From: Eledone cirrhosa
Taxonomy: Eukaryota
Length of the DNA stretch: 64,000 nt
NCBI GenBank assembly: GCA_964016885.1
Contig: OZ024745.1
Coordinates: forward strand, 105,338,001-105,402,000
Direction: 5' to 3'
Below, in pieces: positions 1-13,574 of this stretch. Made by a program: the position numbers and the translations under genes. How positions within the stretch are numbered: the first letter of the stretch is position 1; the number at the start of each line of letters is the position of its first letter. The notes under the pieces were generated by a model, which was not told the origin of the DNA, ran no database searches, and saw only the letters and a list, made by a program, of their open reading frames with translations.

Positions 1-37
1 TGTGTGTATATATATAATATTATAATATAACCATTCG

Positions 38-226
38 AGGGTGGTGGATTGGCAGTATCGGTAGAGGGTCGGACGTCATGCTTTCCAGCATAGTTACGTC
101 CCTTTACGATCTGAGTTCAAATCCCGCCGAGGTTGACTTTGCCTTTCATCCTTACGGGGTAGATAAAATAAAGTACCAGTAATGCACTGGGTAATTGCTG
201 GCCTTGTGCCTAAAGTAGAAACAATT
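38..226 (+). mobile_element. tRNA-derived SINE, family A
   Basis: A-box TGGCAGTATCGG, B-box GAGTTCAAATCC; flanked by direct repeat TTATAATATAACCATTC (TSD); 7 more copies in window. Confidence 0.9.
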
Positions 227-577
227 ATAATATAACCATTCTGTTGAGAACTTAATTCGTTTTGTGATATTTTGCAATTTTGCAATAATAACACACACTG
301 AATTCATCCGCCAAAACTAAGGGTTGCCCTCCTTGTCGAGCCCCACGTGGGTTTTGATAACGGTCAGTCCTTCACTTGGCACTTGAACTAAAAGCCTGTT
401 GAGAAAGTGACTTCCTTGTTCAATCATCTTACCAAAAGCTTAACATTATTTGTCTAAGCGGATAGTACTTGATTTAGGAGTTGCAGAAACCCAAATGCTG
501 GATATTTTACCAACCTTCCAGGGTATAATTTTTCAATCATATTCCAGGGTATAATAGCCGAAATACGATTCTCGCTA

Positions 578-621
<44 letters not shown>

Positions 622-842
622 CTATATATGAAAATTAGAGTTAACACTCCAATTGAAGTTTTAACTCTAATTTTCATTTATATTTCTGCTCCCTCACAAG
701 TCGAGCTTATTAAGTTGTGTGTGTTGGACTGTTGTTTCTATTCAATACACGCTTACCACGTTTGACTAGCGGCGCACGAGGTGATACATTTCATCTTTCT
801 GTGTGAACGTTGGTACATAGTGTTTGCTGCATTTAATCAGAT

Positions 843-923
843 TCTCTCGCTGATGATGCCTAAGGATTATCTGTTACAAACACACTCAGGGCGAAACAGA
901 TTAGGGATAATCTGTCCGAGAGA
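843..923 (+). ncRNA. Type I hammerhead ribozyme in (TA)n-flanked element 619-1066
   Basis: Stem I TCTCTCG/CGAGAGA, core CTGATGA (850-856), stem II GCC/GGC, GAAA (893-896), stem III CAGATTA-GGGA-TAATCTG, GUC site at 916. Confidence 0.9.
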
Positions 924-1076
924 TAAAATGGTTATTGGGGCGGTTTGTATAATAATATATTTTTATTTTATCATTCTGTCTGCTTCTTGGTTAAATATTT
1001 CAAACAAATGTGGTTTTTCAACCCTTGTAATATTAGACACACGGTTTACTGTGTTTCTTACTGCATATATATTATA

Positions 1077-1130
<54 letters not shown>

Positions 1131-1137
<7 letters not shown>

Positions 1138-1475
1138 TAAGAGGAATTCCAACTTTGTCTGATTTACTCGTTTAATTTACAATCCTTTAAAATTTATAAT
1201 GGTATTATAAATAAATAATATGATAGAATATTAAGTGTTAAGTGTTAATTGAACAAGTACTTTCATGCTTTCGCAATCTTCAGGTTCATAATGTGTGGTG
1301 ACAGTCAAGTTTGCAATTTTCAACTTGACTGTCACCACACATTATAAACCTGAAGATTAACACTTAACATTTAATATTCTATCATATTATTTCATTATAA
1401 TACCATTATATATTTTAAAGGATTGTAAATTAAACGAGTAAATCAGACAAAGCTGGAATTCATCTTATTAATATA
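1131..1475. mobile_element. Fold-back PLE-derived element
   Basis: Arms are reverse complements, apex near 1315; HHR in left arm, deleted after CTGAAGA in right arm. Confidence 0.8.
1250..1288 (-). ncRNA. Minimal type I hammerhead
   Basis: Minus strand: TGAAC CTGAAGA T-TGC-GAAA-GCA-T GAAA GTAC TT GTTCA. Confidence 0.85.
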
Positions 1476-1494
1476 ATCTTCTATACACCCGTGT

Positions 1495-1862
<368 letters not shown>

Positions 1863-1885
1863 ATATATATATATATATATATATA

Positions 1886-2342
1886 GTAATAATAATAAAT
1901 TTGAAGACTAAAATCCAAAGAGGGCTCGATAAGGATAAATATATATCAAATATATAAGAACCGTAGAGCAAATATTTATTAAAATAACAGATTAAAGTTT
2001 AAGCAAAGAATCGCTGCTTTCACCCTTAACGGGATCTTCTGAAACTAACTTACAGCCCCACATTATACCCTAACGGATAGTACGATCTATACGTGGATAT
2101 TTTACGTGTTGATGTGGTAGCTAAGTATATGTTTATACCATTACTTATTTGCATAGGTAAGTATATATTACCTGTATGTTTTGTGAAGGGAACGTTTCCA
2201 CGAACCAAAGTATCGTCTTCCGGTTGCAACGTTTTTTTGAAATATCCACTTCTGCGTTTACAGATTGACTTTGTTAGTTTCAGAAGATCCCGTTAAGGGT
2301 GAAAGCAGCGATTCTTTGCTTAAACTTTAATCTGTTATTTTA

Positions 2343-2350
<8 letters not shown>
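1886..2350. mobile_element. Fold-back element with U4A-variant HHR (2260-2335, +)
   Basis: Inverted repeat about 1972-2050/2273-2350; stem I AGTTT/AAACT plus ACAGATTGA/TTAATCTGT, core CAGAAGA, stem II CCC/GGG, GAAA, stem III AGCA/TGCT. Confidence 0.75.
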
Positions 2351-2389
<39 letters not shown>

Positions 2390-2551
2390 ATACAATAACA
2401 GAGATAGCTTAAAGCTAAACTCTGACTGGTAACCATCTCACTCAACAAACATTAGGTTATATGTTAGTATAAACCCAATTTAAGTGTTTGGGGTGCTAAC
2501 TATATGTATTATGTGGCAAGCCAGTTGTATTATTTCATGAGATATAATTAA

Positions 2552-2586
<35 letters not shown>

Positions 2587-2589
<3 letters not shown>

Positions 2590-2926
2590 GCCCCATTCGG
2601 TCGCGAATGACCATGGTTTTGCACCTAGAAAGCTTTCCCTCTGAGGCACAAGCCTGGGCAAGGTTTGATTTTGTAGAAGACCAGCAGGCGCCCATGCATA
2701 CCAGCCTCCCCTCTCCACGCCACCGATGTCGTCCAAGGGAAAGGCAATGACCGTTACAGCTTGGCACCAGTGGCGTCGCAACTCATTTCTACAGTTGAGT
2801 AAACTGGAGCAACGTTAAATAAAGTGTCTTGCTCAAGGACACAACGCATCACGCGGTCCAAGAATCGAACTCACAACCTCTCAATTGCAAGCTCAATGCT
2901 CTAACCACTTAGCTATGCGACTTCAC
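2587..2926 (-). mobile_element. tRNA-derived CORE-type SINE, family B
   Basis: Minus strand: TAGCTAAGTGGTTAGAGC...GAGTTCGATTC head, then TGTGTCCTTGAGCAAGACACTT CORE-like motif. Confidence 0.85.
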
Positions 2927-2943
2927 ATATATATATACATATG

Positions 2944-2979
<36 letters not shown>

Positions 2980-2989
2980 CATATATATA

Positions 2990-3158
2990 ACGAGGGAAAT
3001 GTGGTAAGGAACCAGGTGGACCATAACGCACCAAAGTACTCAATACTTAGAGTAGTAGAGTGGGTAATAGGAACAAGTAGGACCCCAACGGCTATTTTAG
3101 TCCAGAATTAGCCGTCGAAACGGCTTGAGCTCAGCCGTCGGGGTCCTACTCGTTCCTA
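2990..3158 (-). mobile_element. Fold-back family F (HHR 3' half)
   Basis: Shared tail CCTATTACCCACTCTACT...GGTTCCTTACCACA; GAAA CGGCT..AGCCG TC; (TA)n flanks. Confidence 0.8.
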
Positions 3159-3190
3159 TACACACATATATATATATATATTTATATATT

Positions 3191-3271
<81 letters not shown>

Positions 3272-3384
3272 GCAACACTCATCCATTTCTCCGAGGGTTA
3301 TAAGCCCCACTACCAGGCTAAACGTTTCTTTAGTCTAAAATACTGTGAAAGCTTATATTTTATAATTTCTAATATATATATATA

Positions 3385-3472
3385 ACGAAGGAAATGTGGT
3401 AAGGAACCAGGTGGACCATAACGCACCAAAGTACTCAATACTTAGGGTAGTAGAGTGGGTAATAGGAACATT

Positions 3473-3475
<3 letters not shown>
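3385..3475 (-). mobile_element. Family F short fragment
   Basis: Near-identical to 2990-3075; mini hairpin TAGGAACATTCCTA at truncated end. Confidence 0.8.
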
Positions 3476-3530
<55 letters not shown>

Positions 3531-3537
3531 GATATAC

Positions 3538-3593
<56 letters not shown>

Positions 3594-3612
3594 ATGTATG
3601 TATATATATATG

Positions 3613-3706
<94 letters not shown>

Positions 3707-3760
3707 ACCCCCCCCCAATTCCCTCTAAATGACCCTGCCGGTCAAAGCCGCATGTAGTGT

Positions 3761-3808
<48 letters not shown>

Positions 3809-4046
3809 TGTGTGTTATCTTTTTATGTGTCTAGGATTTAGTAAGCAGTCAAAATTCTGCTTGCCCCAAAGCTGTCGTGTGTTTGTGTGTGTGTTAACTT
3901 TTTTTGTGTCTATACGTTTTAGTAAGCAGCCAACATTCTGCTAGCTTCAACCGACGCAATTGATCAACTCAAGATTCTATAACCCATGTACGGACCCTTC
4001 GCCCCTGGTATGTATATATATATGAATGTATATATATATATATGTA

Positions 4047-4094
<48 letters not shown>

Positions 4095-4116
4095 TGTATG
4101 TATGTACACACACACG

Positions 4117-4188
<72 letters not shown>

Positions 4189-4849
4189 AGTATGTATGTA
4201 TGCATGTATATGCATATGTATATATATGGTCATGTAACATATATATATATATCTTAGTCTTAGATTCTTCCGCGCCATTCGGCGCATCGAAGATTAAGTA
4301 CTCGCCAACGGTCACGATCAGCGGCAAATATTGATTAATAGTTATATTTACTCTTGAAAGTATTAAAAAAAATAAAAAAAACACTGAATGAGTGAAAGAA
4401 AAAATATTGACTTTTATTAATAATTCTTGAAATGCTACTGCTGTTATTATGTATAATGTTTTACCTTACCTTATAAAATTGCATATTGGTTCTTTTATAT
4501 AGTAAGTTAATCTCACGATTTAGTTCGGTTTTAAAAGGTCTTTGTATAACTTTAATTTTCTAAATTTGCGATTTGAAATGCATCCTGGCTTTCAACGCAT
4601 TTAGCTAATTTAAATGATCAGATATGCTGTACGATGTTTACATTCATCGTATACAATTTTCGTTTTATCCAAATGGATTAATTATGTATATTTAACATAA
4701 TTTATACTGTTGCATATAGTAAGATTTGGTTGAATCGAAATAATAATACTTTCAAGAGTAAATATAACTATTAATTAATCCTATATGTAATTGACAACTA
4801 TTGATTTAAACTGTTTGTAATGTTTATAATGTTAATAATTCTAAACATT

Positions 4850-5030
4850 TGGCAGTATCGGTAGAGGGTCGGACGCCATGCTTTCCAGCATAGTTACGTC
4901 CCTTTACGATCTGAGTTCAAATCCCGCCGAGGTTGACTTTGCCTTTCATCCTTACGGGGTCGATAAAATAAAGTACCAGTAATGAACTGGTTTAATTGCT
5001 GGCCTTGTGCCTAAAGTAGAAACAATTATA
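4850..5030 (+). mobile_element. SINE family A
   Basis: Near-identical to 50-226. Confidence 0.9.
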
Positions 5031-5722
5031 TAAAATGCATATACAGATGGTGATATACGAATAAGTTGTGATAAATATCCTCATACATATTTACTATATT
5101 TGTAAACTTCATTGGTAGGTTAAAATGTCTCTGATTTTTGAAGTTTCTAACAAAATATTGAATATATTTATTAATTTAACTATGCTTCTGATTATCATTG
5201 AAAATATTTTATATTGTTTTATTTTGATTTAATATATTAGTATAATATGCTCAAACATAACCAAATACAATAGATAGTAAAAATGTCACCGTATTTAATT
5301 GGTCGTTTCTACCTGACTTAATATTTTGAAAACAACGGTCACGCATCATGTCCCTTTCTTCTTTCTTTATTTCCTGTTGCAGTTATGTATTACATCCTCT
5401 CTTTTATCTCCCTCTCCCTCCTTCTTTTTATCTTTTTTCCCTCTTCTCTTCTATTTAGCACTCTCTCTTTTCTATTTCTTCTCTAACATGGATATTTACG
5501 CATTTAAATATTTTGTACTTATGTGTTTATTTATTTCTTCTATATTTTCTCATACTCATCCTCGCTTGATACTTATATCTCGCTCCACATCCTTCTCTTC
5601 ATCATATTTAGTTTGTCATGTTATTTTTTGTGGTATATAAATATTGAGTTTTGTTGTAATAAATCACTGCCAAGATTGGAATTGAACCATCAAAACAGTT
5701 GAGGTATGTCATACATCAATTC

Positions 5723-5795
5723 ATATATTTTATCTGATGAGGACGTACTGAAAAAAACACCACAGTACCTCCGAAATATATATAATAAAACATAT
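5723..5795 (+). ncRNA. Type I hammerhead in PLE 3' fragment (about 5300-5836)
   Basis: TTTTAT CTGATGA GGA-C-GTACTG..CAGTAC-C-TCC GAAA TATATA TA ATAAAA; same layout as 27457-27520. Confidence 0.85.
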
Positions 5796-6059
5796 ATTTT
5801 GATTATGTGAACGTCTTCATTTATTAATATTTTGAATAATATATATATCTATATATATATATTGATATATATTGACACACACACACACATATATATACAT
5901 ATATATATATATATATGTAGATAGTTTGTATAAATATTTTACATAGATCTATAGAATATGCATACCAACACTAACACATATATATCCTAGAAACGATCGT
6001 AAAATGATGAATTTTTTTAATATAAGGAACTGTTTCTTTGTTTATTCATTATTTTATTA

Positions 6060-6117
<58 letters not shown>

Positions 6118-6329
6118 GGCGGTGTAAGCACTTCTGAATTGGGGTGTGGGGGGCCAAATTGGTCAATTTAGTTGTAGTGATTAGTTTAGTTCTTTGCATT
6201 CTAAAATGGTAAGAAAACTTCGATATGCGATAAACATAACATGTAGATAAATTGTAGCGCAGATCTAAATACATGTGTATTTTGATAGTTTGGGAAGAAA
6301 TAATCATTAGGGGAGGAGCTGCCATCTCA

Positions 6330-7390
6330 CCCCACCAATGATTTTTTCTTCCCCAGTTCCAACTCTAGTTCTAACCCTCTCATTATATCTATCAGCAGTG
6401 AAATCTAGCCCTCTCTAAACGACACTCTCTCCCAACCCCCTCTCTACATCAATTACCACCAATTTCTCCCTCTCCCTATATCTATCATACAGTACTCTCA
6501 TTCCATCTCACTCTATCCATCATTACCCCACCCCCGCTACATCTACTACACGGAACTCTCTTCCAGTGCACCTCTCTAAATCTAATATACAATAAACACC
6601 AATCTCTCCCCCTCTCTGTATCTAATATACAACACACTCTCCCAATGTCCTTCACTAAATCTATTACCACCATACTCTCCCCCTCTCTATATCTATATCT
6701 ATCTATCTATCTATCCCAGTATCCCTTTCTATACAAATATCTATCTCTCCCAATTCGCCTCTCTATATAAATCACCACAACTCTCTCCTACTCTCTATAT
6801 CTACCATAGAACACTCTCTTCAAATTCTCCTCTCTATATCCATTACCACCAAACTCTCCCCCATCTATATCTACCACAACATAGTCTCTTTCATCCCCTC
6901 GCTCTATCTATCTACATTTATCTCTAACAATCCCCCTCTCTATACCAATAATCACCAAGCTCTCCCCCTCTCTATATTTACCTTACAACCTTCTCATTAT
7001 ACCCCTCTCTATATCAATTAACACCAAACTGTTCCCCTCTCTATATCTACCATACAACCCTCTCTCTCAGCCCCCTCTCTAAATCAATGACCAGAAAACT
7101 CTCCCCCTCTCAATGTCTATTACCCTCTAAGCAACGCGTTGTACCCCTCTCTATATCCATTACCACCAAACTCTCCCACACGGCACACTCTCAGTATCAC
7201 TCTCTCGATATCCATTAACACTAATCTCGCCCCTCTGTATGTCTATCACACAAAACTCTCTCATAATCCCCCTCTCTATATTTACTACCACCAAAATCTC
7301 CCCCGTTTCTCTATCTATTTTACCTATCTCTCTCAATCACCCTGCCCCTCTCTATATCTATCTACACTTATCTCTCTTAATCCCCCCTAT
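6330..7390. repeat. Degenerate pyrimidine-rich minisatellite
   Basis: Recurring CTCTCTATATC..ATTACCACCAAACTCTCCCC units; related inverted piece near 28390-28520. Confidence 0.8.
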
Positions 7391-7908
7391 ATATATATGT
7401 AATGTACGTACTACGTATGCGTGCCTAAATTGTTCGTGGATTTGCCATTGTCCTAACTAAATGCATATTGAATCTATCTGTCACCTTTTAAATTCGACAA
7501 ATAAACAATAAATCAGTAGTTTTAACCAATTTAGCAGAAATATTAAATGTTGTAACCAAGACAACTTTGATGCTATTGCCCACTAACACAACCACTACCA
7601 TCACTATCATAGCTTACACCATCATAGCTAAATTTCGTCAAGAAATAACAACGGGCCTTGCCCAAGTAATTCGATGTAATTTTAATCTATTAAAGTGCTG
7701 ACTTTGATCATTGTATATCTGTTATGAAAAATTACAGTAAAATGGTTGAAGATTTAACCGACCTTCATTAAAATTATGTCTACCAACGAACTATTAACGA
7801 TGGAAAATTGTCTGCATCAAAAGAAAAAGTGAAAAAGAGAAAAACAAAGTGGTAAAAGATAATAGTAACAATAATAATTATATGTATATATATATGTGCG
7901 TGTGTATG

Positions 7909-7939
<31 letters not shown>

Positions 7940-7978
7940 ATATATATATATATGTGTGTATGTATATACACACACACA

Positions 7979-8041
<63 letters not shown>

Positions 8042-8153
8042 GCATACACATGTATGCCCACGCACATACATACACATAAATATTAAATGCATGCACATAC
8101 ACGCACGCACACACACATATATGTATATAAAAAAAATATATATATATATATAT

Positions 8154-8212
<59 letters not shown>

Positions 8213-10960
8213 CATGTGTGTGTGCGCGTGTGTGTGTGCGTGTGTGTACATACGTCTGTACGCCTGTGTGTTTAAACGAAAGAAAAAAACCCGCATCGAA
8301 TTAGCTTTCAAGCACAAAAACTACTGTGTCAAACTGATAATAAAATTATAATTCAAAGTGATGAACATGATTATTATACTGTCGACAAAGCCCCCATTAG
8401 GCTGTGCAAGTGGTAACTGCGTACTGAAAGCATTTATTAGGTGAGATACACATTCTATTCTTTTTTTCTTATTTTGTTAAATTTTTATGAAGTGATTTAT
8501 AATTATAATCGAAAATAGACTTATTATATTATACGGCGACGAGAAACTTGTAGTCAGTTTGATGTCTTCCTCTCATTTTAACAGAAACATAATTTTATGT
8601 ATTGATCAAATAATTATGGATCAATGTAATGTCAGATATGCCATCATGGTGGTTTATGCCATTGACGCAGCATAGCCGAATAGTTAGATGTTCGCTTTCC
8701 AATCACGAGGTGTCGTGTTGAATTCTACTGCTTGGATAGATAAACATACAGCTGGTGAATCCATGACGACTCATCCCATTTGAAGTGCAATATGGGTCTG
8801 GAGGTGCGTGTAGTGTGTGTGTGAGTGTGTGCTTGAGTGTGTGTGTTTGTGCTAGTGTGTGTGTGTGAATGTGTGTGTGTGAATGTGTATGTGTGAGTGT
8901 GTGTGAGTGTATGAGTGTGTGAGTGTGTGTGTGTTTGCGTGTGTGATGGTGCTGGTTGTGATGGTCTTGGTGGCGTAGTGCATCAATGTTGGCAATGTGG
9001 AATACGTGCGAGTGCCAAGAGGTGTTGTAAAGAATGGGAGTCAGGAAGGACGTTGACTATGGTGGAAATTAGAGGTGGTTAGTGGAGTTCGAAGTGTTGT
9101 AGAGAAAGCAGATCTGTTTATCGGAATGGAGAAATGAGACTTTAGAGCTGAGGTACTAAAATTCGTTCTTGCTTATATTCAAATTACAGCAGTGAGTGGC
9201 GGAAAGGGTGGAATCTACCTATGAGAAGCCACCACATTTTTGGAGAAATTTTAATATAGATAATAGCCTGTGCAGCAGAGATGGGTTATGTAATGAGGGA
9301 TTTGTGTCACAAAGAGTAAAAGGATGTTTGGTTAACGTATTTGTGGCGGGTGTGTATAGATAGGTTCTTGGTTAGCTAAGAGTCCACGAGTATTTGAGAA
9401 GACTAGGGAAAATTGCCCCGCAGATTTAGTGTTATTTAACCGCTGAATTATTTTGGAAACTGTAATATGCTAGTGTGATGTGAGGCCATAAAATTCTTCT
9501 GCCAAAATATGGTTCGAGGGCTTGCAATCGTGCGGTCTCCTCAACAAAATCGCATGAACTAGGAATAAATACTTCATCCGGTGAGATGACGAGCTTATGT
9601 CATCCCACTCCAATCTAATAAAGTATAGCTCCCATGATTAATCATAGTTTTGTGGAAATGGACATGTTGTTGGATATACAAACTCTATCTTCTATTTTCC
9701 TTCTTTTTAGGTAACTGTATATTATTTTAAGACTGCGGTAATGATAAAAATAATTACATAAAATATATCTCAATTTAGAAATACGATACAGGACCGCAAG
9801 ATTGTGTTAATGCTAAATTCTTAAGCTCTTTTTATATTAAATTTGCTATGATATATGATTTTCGCGAAATCTATAGATTGCAAAACAGTATTAGTTAATA
9901 GAATCTCACGGGAAAACACCGGATGATTGGGTAGAAAATGAAAGAAAAACAGTTTTTTTTTTTGTTGAACAGACTTATGAAATAATTCTTGGTGAATGTT
10001 TAAAGAAAAACTAAATCCTATCAAAAGATAAGCAAATGCCTGTGTTTAAATTGCTTCACAGTTCAATGTGGAAATTATGTTATTTTAAAGCCAAACTTGC
10101 TAGAAATATTCAAAGAATCACTGCATAAGTGCATTAAAAATAAATTTTCTGCAATCACCTTTCTTTTTCTTTAAATGTGGGCCAATTATTTAGATAGTTT
10201 CCACGAAGTCATTTATTTAACGAAAAACAGATTCGCAAGTTGATGCAATCCAAATATAATGGGTATTACAATAGCTTATTAAAGTTCATTCAAGAAAAAG
10301 GATCCGAGATAGCCGTATTTACTGTATTTTTGCACATAGATAATTTCTTTTGACTTGGTTTGTATATAAAGTAGATAACGTTTCTTTAGGTACATTAACT
10401 TCTGTTGGTAAGGTTAGAGGCATTTTATTTTTATTAAGGAAACAATGAAATGCTATTATAATACATCTATAACGTGACTAAACGACCTGTGTGTGCAAGC
10501 ACCTTGCGTGCGTGTCAGACAGGAGGCTTCCAAACATCTTCCCGAAATAGCATCTCCAAGAAAGTACAAAGTCTAGCCTGCTTGTAGGAATGAAGTTCAA
10601 TCTCAGTTCAGTAATGTCTATATTTCCTTATCAGAACATACCCCAAACCTAATAAATATATCACGAATAAAATTCTAAAACAGATAATAGTGTTTTCATG
10701 ATATCTAAATTAACTGGGAATTTATTTCGGCATCTTTCCCACACATTGTCTTTATATTTTCTACTTAGAAAATCTGACACATTTCTGACCTGATTGATGA
10801 AGTAGCGAATTGACAAAAAACGGTAGTCTTTTGGATTAAATAATTTTCGGTGTTTATTTTCGTCTTCTACAATTTAAGTTTAAGATTAACATCCTCTATA
10901 TAATCTACTGTCTTTTATTTTCCTAGGAACCCCCTCCCCATATATATATATATATATATA

Positions 10961-11062
10961 GGAAAAGGGTCCTGAACCTTTTCCTATTACCCACTCTACT
11001 ACCCAAAGTATCGAGTTCTCTGGTGCATTATAGTCCACCTGGTTCCTTGCCACACTTCCTTC

Positions 11063-11063
<1 letters not shown>
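10961..11063 (+). mobile_element. Family F fragment
   Basis: Shared tail; 5' hairpin GGAAAAGG..CCTTTTCC. Confidence 0.8.
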
Positions 11064-11112
<49 letters not shown>

Positions 11113-11607
11113 ACATATATATATATACTAGACCGAAAGATGCGGGCGCATATGTATTAATATTCTTAAATAATAATAAACCTGGAAAAGTACAGGACAA
11201 GTAGAATTAACTCTTAAAATATTGAAGCTGCAATTTGAATTTGATGAATTCAATGTACAGTAAAATTACCAATGCCAAGAGATAATAAGAAATAATAATG
11301 AATTAGGGATTTATTAGATATTAAGTCATCAGTTTGCCTAAGTCAGCAATCACCATTTTGCCAACCAAATGCAATTAATGTCATCAATCTTTTGTACATA
11401 AATTCTCAGTTCATTTAAGTTGTCACTTTTTTGTCCCTTTAGTGGGTTAATTATACTGTATTACTTTAAAAATTGACATTAAAAATTAATTGAAATTAAT
11501 AGTAAAAAGTAATGAGCTAAATTTTGCATAAATTGTCATCATATTAAAATTATTAATCTAATTTCATTTTAAAAAAAGTTAAACCAAAATTTGTCAAGAT
11601 CGAATTA

Positions 11608-11726
11608 TAGTTGACTCTCCCTAATTGTCAGCGTCATTTTTGGCCCAACTTTTATTTTTTTTGACTCTCCCTAATTGTCAGTCATTTTTACAGTTCCTTT
11701 GAGTGACAATTAGAGATAGTCAACTG
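11608..11726. mobile_element. Tc1/mariner (pogo-like) MITE
   Basis: TIR (T/C)AGTTGACT.TC.CTAATTGTCA at both ends, TA flanks. Confidence 0.7.
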
Positions 11727-12619
11727 TATTTCAAAAAGAAAATTTAGTGAGCAAGTGCGATATCATTCTGATTGATAATCTGGATTACTGTTCCTTTCTT
11801 ATGAGGAAAGCAGAGACTATCTTTTAGAGATTAGCACCACAGATTAACTAGGCCATTCCTAATGAATCAAGGTGATTTCTAGATCGTTTCTAATTATTTA
11901 ATTAGTAATTAAAGTAAAAAGTTATCTTTGTTGTCATTCTTGTGTTATTCTAAATCTATCCATGAAAGAGCTAGGAATGACCATTCCACATTCCAGTGCC
12001 GAAACGCTGGCACAGAAATGCCTGCACCGAAACGTCCTGTTCCATGCCATCTTAACAACCTTCACCTCCTTGTGATTAAGTGTGATGTCATAGGCTTATT
12101 ATTGTACATTTAATTCATCAAATTCAAACTCCAGCTTCAATATTTTAAGAGTTAATTCTACTTGTTCTGTACTTTTCCAGGTTTATTATTATTTAAGAAT
12201 ATTAATACACATGCGCCCGCATTTTTCGGCCTAGTCCCCCCTTTTTTAAGGCATTGCAGCAAATTATTTTATTTAAATTACCTTGACCATTTGCTAAGGT
12301 ATTTACAATCCTTTTTTCATCAATAAAAATTAATTTTTCATTTCAATATTTCTATAAAATCCAAAATATTAAAATTGAAAAGGTATTTTGTAGAATATAA
12401 TCAATAGAGACATTTGCCTTTTCTGAACACCCTTACTACAAGCCTTCAGGTGTGCCCATAGAGACAAAGCTATCATTTACTATACTCTAATGATCAATTT
12501 AAAGTTTAACTTAACAAGTGAAGTTATTAAAGATGCTAGAAAAACAAGCAATTAAAATAACTGAGTCAAAAATAAATAAAATTAAGTAGTAAATAAATAA
12601 AATGCCAATAAACAGTGAG

Positions 12620-12910
12620 CTCAAATTCAACAATAATTTGTCCATAATTAGCAGTTAGTCCAAAATAAAATTAAGTAGTCCAGAATTAGCAGTTAGTCTA
12701 AAATAAAATTATGTAGTCGAAAATCAGCATTTAGTCCAAAATAAGCAGCAAGTAGTCAAAAATAAAATTAAGTAATCCAGAATCAGCATTTAGTCCAAAA
12801 TAATCAGCAAGTAGTCAAATTAGCAAGTAGTCAAAAACAAAATGAAGTAGTCCAGAATTAACAGTAGTCCTAATTATAAGTTGGTAGTCCAAGATCAATA
12901 GTCCAAAATC
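12620..12910. repeat. AGTAGTCCAAAAT-type tandem repeat inside the Helitron
   Basis: Direct. Confidence 0.8.
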
Positions 12911-12919
12911 AAAAATCGA

Positions 12920-13574
12920 AATTTTTTCCATAAACAATACAACCACATTAGGTAACTTAGGAGGAAATTTATTGTGCCTTTTTTTGATAATGTTGTCACT
13001 AATTTCATCCCAATTTTCAGCACCACTTTTTACCAGACAAGTATAATGGCCTGCCGTAGATGATACTCCTTCATGAAGAATAGCAGCTTTTAATGTGAAA
13101 TTTGTGCCATATATTTGCTGCTTTTTTGAGCTAAAGTTCATTATATCACAATTAATTCTTTGTTCTCCTTCATTATTAATCAAAAATCTACTAATTGAGA
13201 TGACAAGATATTTGAAATCGTTAGTAAATTCTTGAAGTTATTTGATGCTCAGTATTTTCAGAACAAGTATCACAGTATTTAGTGAAAGTATTTGTTGTTG
13301 AAAGTAGAGATTTAAATTGTTGTGTGCCATTAATAGGATTTAATATCAAATCCTCTTTTATTTGAATTGGAAGTTCAGATTCTATACCACATCCAGGTTT
13401 TGAATTACAATTGCAAACATTGTTATTTAAAGCTTGGCAATTTGTTTGATGCAATCGGATGCATGTAGTATGATCAGTTTGAATAAATTGAAGTTTTTCT
13501 CTAAATACCAAGTCCAAATGTAGAGAGAGTTCTTTCCAAAATTCATGAGCACATTGCAGAATCTTTTGCAGCAA
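12920..13574 (-). pseudogene. USP/peptidase C19 (deubiquitinase-like) domain, frameshifted
   Basis: QCAHEF (QDAHEF-like), YCDTC, LVISISRF, His box LKAAILHEGVSSTAGHYTCLVK..W..ISD; Cys box not found. Confidence 0.75.

Noticed and set aside
94-294. Similar small ORFs at 94, 22009 and 32313
   Set aside because: Antisense readings of SINE family A
2850-2926. tRNA genes
   Set aside because: SINE heads with A/B boxes continuing into SINE bodies
3125-4384. YI/CV/HT-repeat ORFs here and throughout the window
   Set aside because: Translations of (TA)n and (CA)n microsatellites
4255-4780. GC hairpin plus 34-bp inverted repeat as a Helitron/Helentron end
   Set aside because: Single copy, termini ambiguous
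8990-9620. LINE 3' remnant on minus strand
   Set aside because: No diagnostic motif readable
12620-12910. CRISPR-like array
   Set aside because: Degenerate tandem repeat, no unique spacers, eukaryotic context
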